In this document: one piece after another, positions 10,916 to 23,130 of the stretch
Layout of the letters: each line of letters starts with the position of its first letter
How positions within the stretch are numbered: the stretch's first letter is position 1
NCBI GenBank assembly: GCA_964016885.1
Contig: CAXHJY010000755.1
Span: forward strand, 1-37,887
Length of the DNA: 37,887 nucleotides
Origin: Eledone cirrhosa
Taxonomy: Eukaryota
Reading direction: 5' to 3'
Notes under the pieces: model-generated
Told to the model about the DNA's origin: nothing
Database searches by the model: none
What the model saw: only the letters and a program-made list of their open reading frames with translations
Position numbers and translations under genes: made by a program

Positions 10916-11993
10916 ATAACATCCAATTATATGAGCTTATGCATATTATCTGAATATAATATCAAGCTAATTTCCATTTGCACCCACACACACCATGGTT
11001 TACATTCATTCTGTTGCATTTTAGAAGTTCACAAATTATTGAGGTAGTTGAATTGAATTTCTATTTGAGAATTAGATGTCTAGCCTAAAAGTAAAACATA
11101 ACTTTAAAAATTCTATAAAGTAGTGACTGGGGAAGTTCTTTAGTGAGTTAAGCAATGTTAACTTTGTATGAAGATAGAATACATTGAATTAAGTAAATAA
11201 CTGGGCAATATGTACAACTGGTTGCCAGCAGGAGATGCTGATAGAGAATTTAACATGGTGTAAAAAGATCAGATCTCAGGATGCTGGGTCTCCCATGAAA
11301 TGACAAATAACTAACAAACAGTGATACCATGTATACAAGACCTACCCAATACAGACATACAACTATGGAAACCAGATGTTAAAACATTAACGTTGTGCAG
11401 TAATATATGTGTTCATTCATGTGAAAAGACAAGGAAGTCTTAGTTAGTGAAGAAAAGTCTAGGTGGTTTAAGGAAGAAAATAGAAGTATCTTTATGAAAA
11501 AGATATTTATTTATTGGAAAAGGAAGAAGGAACCACTGGAAGAGAAATATATATGTATGTATATGTATATATATATATATGTATATATATATAAGAAAGA
11601 AAAAATGTTCGCTCTACATGGCTGAATGCAATAAATGTAATCTGAGTTTTTCGAATATTAATAATAATATTCGATTCGTTTGCAATTATGCAAACAACCC
11701 TCATTTTAAAAGCCATGTCAGTAGAATGAGCCTCTTAGTTCACTGTTCACATGTCAAATGTCAGAGCTAGTGAAAATATATGATATTTTCTAAAATGTAC
11801 AGTGACTGATTGGCCTGATTTGTACCATAAATGTGTTTTGTCTATGCGTGTAACTCCACATAAAGACGTATTATTTTCGCTTTTTTCCATTCATTGCCAG
11901 GGAACATCTTCACGAACCAAAGTATCGTCTTCCTGTTTTCCTTCAGTTGCAACATTTTTCGAAATATTTACTTCTGCGTTCACAGATTTTTTT

Positions 11994-12044
11994 AGTTTCA
12001 GAAGATCCCATTAAGGGTGAAAGCAGTGATTCTTTGCTTAAACT
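11994..12044 (+). ncRNA. Type I hammerhead-like fold in the 5' pseudo-LTR (CAGAAGA core variant)
   Basis: agttt-CAGAAGA-t-ccc attaa ggg-t-GAAA-gca..tgc-TT-aaact; stems I, II and III all pair. Confidence 0.65.
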
Positions 12045-12198
12045 TTAATCTGTTATTTTAATAAATATTTGCTCTATGGTTCTTATATATTTGATATATA
12101 ATTATCCTTATCGAGTCCTCTTTGGATTTTAGTCTTCACATTTATTGTTATTACTATTTGGCTCTCTCGGTTGAGCACTCTATTGACTTATATTCAAC

Positions 12199-14289
12199 AT
12201 GCAGCAACAACACCTGAATATTTCTACAAAGAACATAGTCGTACCTAGCAGGAAGACATATTTAAAACTTCTTATAAAAAAACAGATTCGTTCCTTAAAA
12301 TGTTGCGTTGGCGCACCTTTTATTTCGATAACCAGGAAAAAGCGGACAATAAACAGGATAAATTTGGATTTAAAACTTATAATAACCCTCCAAGTAACCC
12401 ATCTTTGTTACCCTTCGAAAACGATGTCTTTGAACTCATGCGGGGTATCAAATTTCGGAAAAGGAGCAATTCCGTCCAACAGGACCTGAAGAATAGAATT
12501 CATTCTATTAAGGATTCTAATGTCGTGAACTTCCACTTCGACAAAATTGGTAATCTATATCAAGTGGAGCGCAGTACTTACCATCTACTGCTACATAATG
12601 CTGTAACCAAGGATTACCAGCAAACCGATAGGAGTGTCATTAATGACATTAATGACGCTGGGTTTAAAATCACTTCAGAACTCAACATGCAGAACCGGAC
12701 TGAACCTCTCCCCACTTTACCCTAAATGATCACAAACCCAATTGCGCTAACAACCCTTCTGTTTGGCTAATTAACCCTACGAAGTGTGATTTAGGTAGAT
12801 TTAGTAAAAGGATTTTAAATAGAATTATACCTGAAATTAGAAGCTTGGCCCCTCATGCACTGTGGAATAATTCTTTCGCGGTGATTGATTGGTTTAATGG
12901 CATATGCAACAAGGAACATTGCCATTTTATGCAATACTACATCAATAACTTCTACTCCTCCATCACTTTACCACTTCTTAGAGCTATCAATTTCACTAAA
13001 ACGGGCACGGTGGTTAAGGATTTCGAAGTTGATGTCATCCTCAATGCCCGTGAGTCAGTGATTAATTTTGACGACTCTATTTGGATAAAAAAATCTAATA
13101 GTACCCCATTCGACGTGAGTATGGTCACTAGCGATTCAGCGGAGGTTCCAGATCTTATCGGCCTTTTCTTTCTTTTCTCTATCAAGGAAGAATTCCTTAA
13201 TGTAGGCGGGGGTTTGTATCGCGATGACGGTCATTTGACCATGACAAAGTGAGGTCCCCGCCGTTGCGACAGGTTTAGAAAAGAGCTCACAGCCTTCTTT
13301 AAAGGCTTCAACCTCTCCATACAAGTTGAGACCAACCTTTCGGTCGTAAACTACCTCGACGTTATCCTCAATTTGTCGAATGGCTTGCACTACCTCTATA
13401 GAAAGCCGAATGATACGCTTAATTAAATCAGTAAGCATTCTAACCATCCTGCCAGCACCAAGAAGCTGGTAAGAAACGTTTATTTGAGGCTTTCCCGTCT
13501 ATTTACAAATGACCATATTTTCACCGACCATTCCACATATTACAACGAAGCTCTTGCTCAGAGTGGATTTGTCGATAAGGTAGCCTATACTAAGTATGAG
13601 CATAAACCTAGGAAAAATAGATCCCGACGCATTACATGGTATGACCTACCATACAATATGGAGGAGGCCACACCATTAGCTAAGATCTTTCTCTCCCTTA
13701 TTAAGAAGCATTTCCCCTCAGCACATAAATATAACATTTTTAATAGAAATACCATTAAAATGTCTTACTCCACGACTCGTAACCTTGCACATAACATCAC
13801 TGCTTCAAATTTAGCTAAATTACCTAGCCATAGTAACACGTGAAACTCTGTAGCTTGTACTAACTATAATTATAGGAATCAGGTTGATTGCTCTCTATCC
13901 TGGAAATGCCTTTCCAGTAACATTGTCTACAAATGTAAGGGCGAAACACCCACGTCTAGTAGGGCCTACATACATTCAAGCAGCGTCTTTGCATGCACAC
14001 CCATCCTTTACTTAATCCTTTAAGAAGGAATATGACGTCACTTTCAGTTTATAGCTGGAGTCTAAAAGACAACCACATCCAATAGAGGCTACGCTGGGAG
14101 ATCCTAGCCAAATCTAGATCGTATAACGAAAATAAAAGCCCATGCTATCTTTGCACCGCTGAAGTCCTATAAATACTCTATGCCAATGATCACATTTTGA
14201 GCAAAAAATCTGAGGCAATTTCGGCTTGTAAACACAAATTGCATAAAACTGTCCTGTATTACAGCCCCACATTATACCCTAACGGATAG
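12199..14289 (+). pseudogene. Disrupted PLE ORF: reverse transcriptase + C-terminal GIY-YIG endonuclease
   Basis: Motifs in order: STKNIVVPS, LRWRTFYF, FGFKT..PP....L.PFEND, INNFYSSI, GLYRDDG, VNYLDV.LNL, YRKPN, SNHP, ITWYDLPY, IFNRNTIKMSYST, CSLSWKCLSSNIVYKC, CYLCTAE, ACKHK. Multiple stops and frameshifts. Clade call rests on remembered Naiad motifs. Confidence 0.9.
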
Positions 14290-15186
14290 TACGAACAATA
14301 CGCGGATAATTTACGTCTTGATATGGCAGCTAAGTATATTTTATGTCTATACCATTACTTATTTGTATAGGTTAGTATACCTTACCCGTATGTTTTGTGG
14401 AGGTACGTATGCTTTCTCGTACGTATATATGCTTGTATTTGTTATAGGTGTATATATTGTTTATACTGGTATGTGTGTGTATGGTTATGTGTATATGTGT
14501 ATTTCGTGTTTGTGTGTGTATGCGTGTTTGCACGTATGTAAGGTATGTATAAGTGTACATTGAGTTTTGGTGAACATATGTGTTTTACCTGTAGATATGT
14601 GTGTGTGTGAGTTATATACGTATTTATGTGTGCATACGCTTATATAATTATATGTATACATACACACACACACATATATTTTTATATGTATATTTGGTGT
14701 ATACATTCGTATGTGTGCGGGTATTTGTGGCGCGCGTGTTTACGTACACATGCATGTATAAGCATGCATGGTGTGTGTTTTCTCGTATGCACGTGTATGT
14801 ACGTATATAGATGTGTGTATGTATATATTTAATTATTATTACTTTTATGATTTTAATTACCTCTGTCATTTTTGTTCTACTAATTTATTTACATTATTCT
14901 TAACTCCGAAGTCAAGAATCATTAGGTTTCCTAAATAGAATATTAGTCTATGACTTCATTTATACCATAAACGTGGTTTTGTATTTGCGTGTATTTGTTC
15001 TTATCGTTCCACATAATGATGTATTAATACACTGGCCTTGTGCCAAAAGTAGAAACAATTATCTTTGCTTTTTTCCATTCATTGCTAGGGAACGTCTTCA
15101 CGAACCAAAGTATCATCATCCTGCTTTGCTTCGGTTGCAACGTTTTTCAAAATATTTAATCCTGCGTTCACAGATTCATTTTTTTT

Positions 15187-15237
15187 AGTTTCAGAAGATC
15201 CCGTTAAGGGTGAAAGCAGGGATTCTTTGCTTAAACT
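15187..15237 (+). ncRNA. Type I hammerhead-like fold in the 3' pseudo-LTR (CAGAAGA core variant)
   Basis: agttt-CAGAAGA-t-ccc gttaa ggg-t-GAAA-gcagg..tttgc-TT-aaact. Confidence 0.65.
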
Positions 15238-15261
15238 TCAATCTGTTATTTTAATAAATAT

Positions 15262-15293
15262 GTGTGTGTGTATATATATATATATATGTGTGC

Positions 15294-15343
<50 letters not shown>

Positions 15344-15370
15344 ATATATATGTGTGTGTATATATATATA

Positions 15371-15417
<47 letters not shown>

Positions 15418-15434
15418 ATATATATATGTGTGTG

Positions 15435-15514
<80 letters not shown>

Positions 15515-15522
15515 TGTATATA

Positions 15523-15599
<77 letters not shown>

Positions 15600-15605
15600 C
15601 TATAT
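15262..15605. repeat. Compound (TA)n/(TG)n microsatellite
   Basis: Directly visible. Confidence 0.95.
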
Positions 15606-15607
15606 AA

Positions 15608-15941
15608 GGGATAACAAAATATCGTTATAGGTAATCCAGTTAGAGGTTGTGAATACTTCTTATTATGGATAGTTTTAGCGTACGGCGTTGTTTGTCTCAA
15701 CATGTGGTCTACGTAGATAGCGAGTTCATGATTTAACTTGTATTCCTATGTAAGTTTATCTTGGAGTAATAAAATTGAAAAAAATGTGAAGAATAACATG
15801 GTCAACAGTGCAAAAAGGGGAATTTATTTACAGTCTAACAATTGCTTCTCTGATTGAGTTGTCTAAAAATTGCTGAACACTAGAAGCAGTGCCACTCAAT
15901 TATAAATACGATGCTAGCTCAATCATGTCATCAGAAACTGT

Positions 15942-15945
<4 letters not shown>
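15608..15945 (-). mobile_element. Pseudo-LTR/3' end of the same Naiad-type family as 8087-9455
   Basis: Reverse complement aligns by eye with 9175-9455, including the terminus ...tagattacc...ttgttatc next to the microsatellite. Possibly the distal end of the copy at 16980-18801. Confidence 0.75.
15830..15941 (-). ncRNA. Type I hammerhead with long stem II (GAAA mutated to GAAG)
   Basis: acagttt-CTGATGA-ca-TGATTGAG...CTCAATCA-ga-GAAG-C-aatt-G-TT-agactgt; 7-bp stem I, 8-bp stem II base. Confidence 0.7.
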
Positions 15946-15974
<29 letters not shown>

Positions 15975-15978
<4 letters not shown>

Positions 15979-16960
15979 GTTATCACATACATAAAATTAA
16001 ATTAAATTAAATCAAGGATACATATATGTGTTGCAACTGTTCACTTTTAAGCTCAATGAAGAATTAATAAATTAAAATAAAAAAATCAGAGCATTATATC
16101 ATAACTCATGTCTATAGAATCGATCAGATATTAAAATATATACTATTTCTTCTTCTAATCAGCATAATTAACCATATACATAATCAAATCTAGCAAGCTT
16201 TAAGAATAAATTTTCTAACGGGGAAATCTCCGACAAATAACTGACCGCAGCTAGTTCGCGTTAACTCCGTTCACCATTTATCAAACACTTCGGCAGCATG
16301 CAGAATCCGATCAAATACACCGTCAACCGCACGTAATTAGTAGTAATATTAAACTTAGAAGAAATGCGCACATACCGTAATTATATCTCTACCATGGTTT
16401 CTTCCTAGTTTAGGACATCCAAATAATATGGATATGCTTTGAGTCAGGAATCATCAGGAGACAAACTCAGAAATAGACATTTAATTTCTCAGACAGACCG
16501 CGCTAAATTTAGATTCAAAAATGGCTAAGGTCGCTATGTAGCTGTGTACCAGCCAGAGAGAAAGCGTGTGATTGGTCGCTTACGGCGGGTAGGCATGCTG
16601 CTAGAAAGCGCAGCCATATATCGCCAAATTTAATCTCAACCGAAAGGGAGATTATTAAATATAGATGTTATCACATACATAAAATTAAATTAAATTAAAT
16701 CAAGGATACATATATGTGTTGCAACTGTTCACTTTTAAGCTCAATGAAGAATTAATAAATTAAAATCAAAAAATCAGAGTATTATATCATAACTCATGTC
16801 TATAGAATCGATCAGATATTAAAATATATACTATTTCTTCTTCTAATCAGCATAATTAACCATATACATAATCAAATCTAGCAAGCTTTAAGAATAAATT
16901 TTCTAACGGGGAAATCTCCGACAATATCTGATCGATTCTATAGACATGAGTTATGATATA
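15975..16960 (-). mobile_element. Non-coding hammerhead-bearing element (retrozyme-like / non-autonomous PLE): 688-bp monomer with 262-bp terminal redundancy and a 38-bp inverted 5' tail
   Basis: 15975-16236 equals 16663-16924 (3 mismatches seen); 16923-16960 is the reverse complement of 16783-16820; canonical hammerhead inside; (TA)n on both flanks; no internal ORF in the track. Confidence 0.85.
16384..16463 (-). ncRNA. Canonical type I hammerhead ribozyme
   Basis: tgtctc-CTGATGA-TTCCT...(atatcca/tggatgt inner helix)...AGGAA-GAAA-C-catg-G-TA-gagata; intact core, palindromic stem III ACCATGGT, GUA site (predicted cut between 16390 and 16389). Confidence 0.9.
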
Positions 16961-17699
16961 TATATATATATATATATAACCGGCAAATCTACAAATTCAA
17001 ATTACACCATCAATAATAATATTAGTAATAAATATAGAGAGAGAACAAAAGAAAGAGAGATAGATAAAGGAAAGCAAGAAAGAAAAAGGAAAAAGAAAAA
17101 GAAGAAAAAGGAAAAAGAAAAAGGAGAAATGAAAACAGAGAAGAAAGATATATAGAGAAAAAAAAGATGTAGAGAAAGGAGGATAGAAAGAGAATAGAAA
17201 AGGAAAGAGGAGGAATGACGTAAGAGAAACAATGATATCAACAATAAATGAATAAATGTTAATACATGAATAAATATAAATAAATAAATAAATGAATAAC
17301 TAAACAAATTATATCGAGTATGATACAAAATAATACAAAATATGAAATATGAAAATATTAAAATAAATAAGTAAAGTGTACGAAGAAATTTAAACATATA
17401 AAGATTATTGAAAGTGGTTAAAATATAGAGAGATGAGAAGGTATAAATATGATAATTTTAAACATATTTATGTGTGTAATGGTTATTTTAATAAATTAAT
17501 TATATAATTAATTAATTATTTGATTAATTAGTTGTATGTTATATTAGAAGTGAAAATGATATGATATGATAAGATAAAATACTAGGGATGAAATCAATTT
17601 AGGGAGAGAAATAGAGATAGAAAGATAGAGATACATAAAATATGAATGTAAATATAAGATTTTGATGTTGGTTCATTGATAGATGGTGACAATTAGAAC

Positions 17700-17805
17700 A
17701 ATAATCGTTTCTACTTTTGGCACAAGGCGAGCAATTACCCAGTGCATTCCTGATACTTTATTTTATCGACCCCGTAAAGATGAAAGGGGTCGATAAAATA
17801 AAGTA
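17700..17805 (-). mobile_element. SINE family 1 3' half ending in a perfect 20-bp fold-back
   Basis: Tail and central domain on minus; 17754-17773 is the reverse complement of 17786-17805. Confidence 0.8.
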
Positions 17806-17892
17806 ACAGACAATTATAATAATAATGATGATGTTGTGATATTATAATATATCTAAGTGGTACAATTTGGGTTATGGAATAGATAAGATGAA

Positions 17893-18655
17893 TTAAGCTG
17901 GTCTAAAGTTCTCAAATTTGGTCGCTGTTTTATGCCTACAGTAAATAGTTCTTTCAATTTTACTGTTAAGTAGCATTTTGTTGTACTTTAAAATTTGGAA
18001 AAGCTCCATATTACAAAGACCACAGTGGGACATACCAGTTCGATAGGCCGTTGCTGTTCATAGCTTTGTCCAGCTGATTTTATATTCCATATTTGCATCT
18101 CTGAGTTGCCAAATTTTATTGGCGAGAGTTGTATTTATGAGCTTCCTGTTATTCATAAAGTCTGTGGACATACCACATTTTCTTAAATTCTCCAGCTGTA
18201 GGTCCTATGTAGTGCCATGCTAAGCTGCCTGAATTTATAGTACATAAGTATACTATATTAGACTCTAGGGATCTATTTTGTAATGGGCATTTGTCAGGTA
18301 GATGACGATTACATTTAGATGCTTGCCTATGTGCCGGTTCTTCAATATGGTTTTGTAAATTGTTATGTATGGGCTGAGAATTGGGTTTGTTGATGTATTG
18401 TGGTGATGTGTGCTGACGTGTGTTTGGTTGTGATGGTGTCCTACGCTTGTGTTTTGCATTAGGTGTCATGGTACTTATTTGCGGGCTACTTGCATTATAA
18501 ATTCTTTTATAGATAATTTTATAGATAATTTTATGTATGTGCAATTCTATTTTGTAGGCAGTGGAGTATGATAGTTTGGTAGTTTTTCTATTAAAGATTT
18601 TATGATATTTATGAATTTTAGGGAAGAGTTTGTCAACTAATTTGAAGAAAGTATA
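17893..18655 (-). pseudogene. PLE C-terminal fragment with GIY-YIG endonuclease
   Basis: FFKLVDKLFPKIHKYHKIFNRKTTKLSYST ... CPLQNRSLESNIVYLCTI...YIGPTAGEFKK ... TTLANKIWQLRD ... CGLCNME ... LLNSKIERTIYCRHK. Confidence 0.88.
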
Positions 18656-18919
18656 AGATAGTTTTGTTTTGTTTTTATACTTTCTTCAAATTAGATGCCT
18701 CGCCTAAAATTCATAAATATCATAAAATCTTTAATAGAAAAAATATCAAACTATCATACTCCACTTAGGCAAGTGTTTGTCAACTAATTTCAAGAAAGTA
18801 TCTCATACTTATCAGATGCATCACTTATTTTTCGTTTTTTTATACTATCCACAATCTACTCTGTAGAGTATTGAGTGCTAATTTGGGTATACCGCCTATG
18901 GAAGCACCATAGCTACCAT

Positions 18920-19821
<902 letters not shown>

Positions 19822-19875
19822 AAATATTAAACAAATAATGAATAAACAATTCCTTATATTAAACAAAAAAAGTTC

Positions 19876-20024
19876 ATTATTTAACGATCGTTTCTAGGGT
19901 ATATATGTGTTATAATTGGTATGCATATTCAACAGATCTATGTACAAAATTATACAAAATTATACAAATTATCAAGATTAAATATACATACCAAACACAT
20001 ATATACGCCGTCTTCAGAAATAAT
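19876..20024 (-). ncRNA. Mirror copy of the hammerhead at 20023-20171
   Basis: Follows from the perfect palindrome. Confidence 0.7.
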
Positions 20025-20171
20025 TATTTCTGAAGACGGCGTATATATGTGTTTGGTATGTATATTTAATCTTGATAATTTGTATAATTTTGTATAATTT
20101 TGTACATAGATCTGTTGAATATGCATACCAATTATAACACATATATACCCTAGAAACGATCGTTAAATAAT
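20023..20171 (+). ncRNA. Type I hammerhead with ~116-nt stem II domain
   Basis: attattt-CTGAAGA-cggcGTATATATGTGT-TTGGTATGtATATT...AATATgCATACCAA...ACACATATATACccta-GAAA-C-gatc-G-TT-aaataat. Confidence 0.75.
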
Positions 20172-20362
20172 GAACTTTTTTTGTTTAATATAAGGAATTG
20201 TTTATTCATTATTTGTTTAATATTTTATCTTGACTCTGTATACCGTTTATCTTTCACCGAAAGTGGTTTTTCATTACATCTCTTCTTTCCATGATATCCG
20301 GAATACATTGAGTTCTTCATACGGATTGGACACTACCGTAAACTCTTGGTAGATTTATCTAC

Positions 20363-20665
<303 letters not shown>

Positions 20666-20669
20666 TTGA

Positions 20670-21639
20670 GTATATGTTGGTTGTATACCAACACTTCAGT
20701 ATGCAGATTGGAGCACTCGACGTCGTGCGCAGGTTAGTTTGGTTACTCCAGAGTAATGTAAAATAAAATAAATAAGTTAAATGTTTAAAATTTGGCTTCG
20801 TTTATTACTGCTATATATATATTTCGGTGACAGCCATCTTTGGCTGTGACCTCTTCAGGCAGTCCGAATTAGTGTGGTAGAGACGAGTATACATGTTGTT
20901 GAGGTCTATAACTTTGTCAATACTCTGATATGCCCAGTTCCTGGTTGGGTTGTTATTTCACTGAGGAACTGGAATCATATGAATTTAAACAAACGAATTT
21001 CAGCGTCAAAGACACTACGGCTTAATACGAGATGTTTGTTGACAAACACACCGAGCATTATAATAAATGTCCGGTGAATCCATACGTACATATATATATA
21101 TGGGTGCTTGTATGTATATAGATATATATACATACTATTGTACGTCTGTATACATATATGTATGTACGTATACATATTTATATTTAAGTAACAGCCGTAC
21201 TAAGAGTGGGAAATAAAATTTCGTTTAATTTTTTCCGTTTATCGTTTCCGGTGCACCGGCCGATTAACCTACTCGATATGCAAATTAGGCTGCTCAGCTG
21301 TTAATATGCATAAGGAAAGTATATACTTTCAAACGTTCAATCGTCTGGCAGGAAGGTATACGTTGCTGACGATAGCTAATAAGCTGGAAACTAGTACATC
21401 GTTCCTTTGTCCGTGTTGAACAAACGAGCAACGATGGTTGCTAGACACTACTGCTTAATACAGGATGTTTGTTTATAAATTAATACGGGATGTTTGTTTA
21501 TAAATGCCTGTATGTATATATATATATATATACATACTACTGTACGTCTGTATACATATACGTATGTACGTATACATACTTATATTTAAGTAACAGCCGT
21601 ACTAAGAGTGGGAAATGCAATTTCGTTTCATTTTTTTCC

Positions 21640-21645
<6 letters not shown>
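20670..21645 (-). mobile_element. Second non-coding hammerhead-bearing element with partial tandem duplication
   Basis: 21010-21243 is repeated with indels at 21443-21645; a related copy lies in opposite orientation at 36111-36345; canonical hammerhead at 20807-20863; flanked by (TA)n. Confidence 0.75.
20807..20863 (-). ncRNA. Canonical type I hammerhead ribozyme
   Basis: actgc-CTGAAGA-GGTcACAGCCA aaga TGGCTGTcACC-GAAA-tatatata-TA-gcagt; intact core, 5-bp stem I, 10-bp stem II, AUA site. Confidence 0.9.
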
Positions 21646-21670
<25 letters not shown>

Positions 21671-21707
21671 ATGTATATATATATATAATGTATTTATATA
21701 TATAATG

Positions 21708-21761
<54 letters not shown>

Positions 21762-21791
21762 GTATTTATATATATATATATATATAAAATG

Positions 21792-21855
<64 letters not shown>

Positions 21856-21912
21856 GTATTTATATATATATATATAGATATAACGTATTTATATATATAT
21901 ATATAATGTATG

Positions 21913-21974
<62 letters not shown>

Positions 21975-22150
21975 GTATATATATATATATATAATGAATA
22001 TATATATATATAATGAATATATATATATATATATATAATGAATATATATATATATATATATAATGAATATATATATATATAATGTATATATATATAGATA
22101 TATATATAATGTATATATATATAGTGTATATATATATATATATATAATGT
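21646..22150. repeat. (TA)n-ATG compound satellite
   Basis: (TA)n runs punctuated by aatg. Confidence 0.9.
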
Positions 22151-22297
22151 AATACAAGTTATAATGAAACACAAGTTATTATATATTGGTAAACGAAATA
22201 AAAAATGCTGACAAATTGTTCATAGTGAAAAATAGTTTAATTAGGAATAAATGAGAATTTGTAATTGTATTGGTTAGTAATCAGTTTTGGTTTTAAG

Positions 22298-22334
22298 TTT
22301 TACCGGTTGCGCATTTCTAAATGCTTTTCAAAAA
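22298..22334 (-). ncRNA. Minimal hammerhead-like motif, U3-A8 variant (left terminal repeat)
   Basis: ttt-TTGAAAA-gcatt taga aatgc-GCAA-ccgg-TA-aaa; identical core to the right-arm copy. Confidence 0.45.
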
Positions 22335-23130
22335 TAATTTTGAGATAGAGCGTCCGTGATGTTTGCTCTGATCTGATTAGTTTTGGGAATTCTACCTGTT
22401 TTTATGTTAAAAAAGTGGCTTCAGCGCTATTAACATTTTTTTTGCGACAATTCGTGTTGCAAAAATTCTTGTGGTCAAAACAATTTTGATTGGTCGGTAG
22501 AGGTCATGTGAATGTAAAAAATTGATTTTGCGCCAAGACTGAGAAATGACTCTTTCACAACAAATATTTGTGTGTGTAGTAGTAGTAAGGTGTTCGTTGT
22601 TGTGATAATGGTTAGCAGTGATGTGTGTGCGAACAGCATCCTGTTGACAGTTCAAATGCCTATTAAAACAAGTGTGTGTGTGTGTATGTGTGTGTGTGTA
22701 AGGAGACACCATACCAAATCACTCAACTACTACGCGGATGCCTCATCGTCAAACATAGGGAAAAGATACCACCACCATGATAGATGTAGCAACTTCCCCG
22801 CTTCAAGGGGACAGCAAGGTAATTTTTATTTTCTCAACTCTCGCTTCCACAATAGACAACAAACCCACACCACACGATACAACCAACAACGTAGGCCACC
22901 TATAACACCACAATACAACATGGCACATAGAAACACACACCCATACTCGCAGTACAGGAACACCCCATTCAATCTACAACCACCAACCCGAACCACATTT
23001 TACAACAACAAGGAATATAACAAACACAGGAGACCACTTAACATCAGCAGACAACCCCTCTACCCCAACCATTTTTTAGACACAGCACACAGATACAGGC
23101 AAACAAAATAACACAAGACAGGGAGGAGAA

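Larger units (their letters stand above)
11824..15261 (+). mobile_element. Near full-length decayed Penelope-like retroelement, Naiad type, with direct pseudo-LTRs
   Basis: Direct repeats 11824-12068 and 14964-15261, each carrying a hammerhead fold, flank a broken RT plus GIY-YIG ORF; the 3' end abuts a (TA/TG)n tract. Confidence 0.9.
16980..18801 (-). mobile_element. 5'-truncated Naiad-type PLE (thumb/GIY-YIG region + 3' UTR) with fold-back rearranged 5' end
   Basis: Coding remnant at 18655-17893; AT-rich 3' UTR; 18561-18622 is inverted at 18703-18764 and 18637-18656 at 18675-18694. The lower boundary is approximate. Confidence 0.8.

Noticed and set aside
13250-13843. In-frame TGA codons (13250-13252, 13841-13843) as selenocysteine, which some Naiad elements are reported to use
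   Set aside because: They do not fall at recognisable conserved Cys positions, the copy also has TAA stops and frameshifts, and I saw no SECIS; ordinary decay is simpler. Only a family consensus could revive the idea.
16240-16620. CpG-richer stretch with a CCAAT box and GT donor as promoter/first exon of the minus-strand gene
   Set aside because: It lies inside the repeat-bounded, hammerhead-bearing element, which explains it better.
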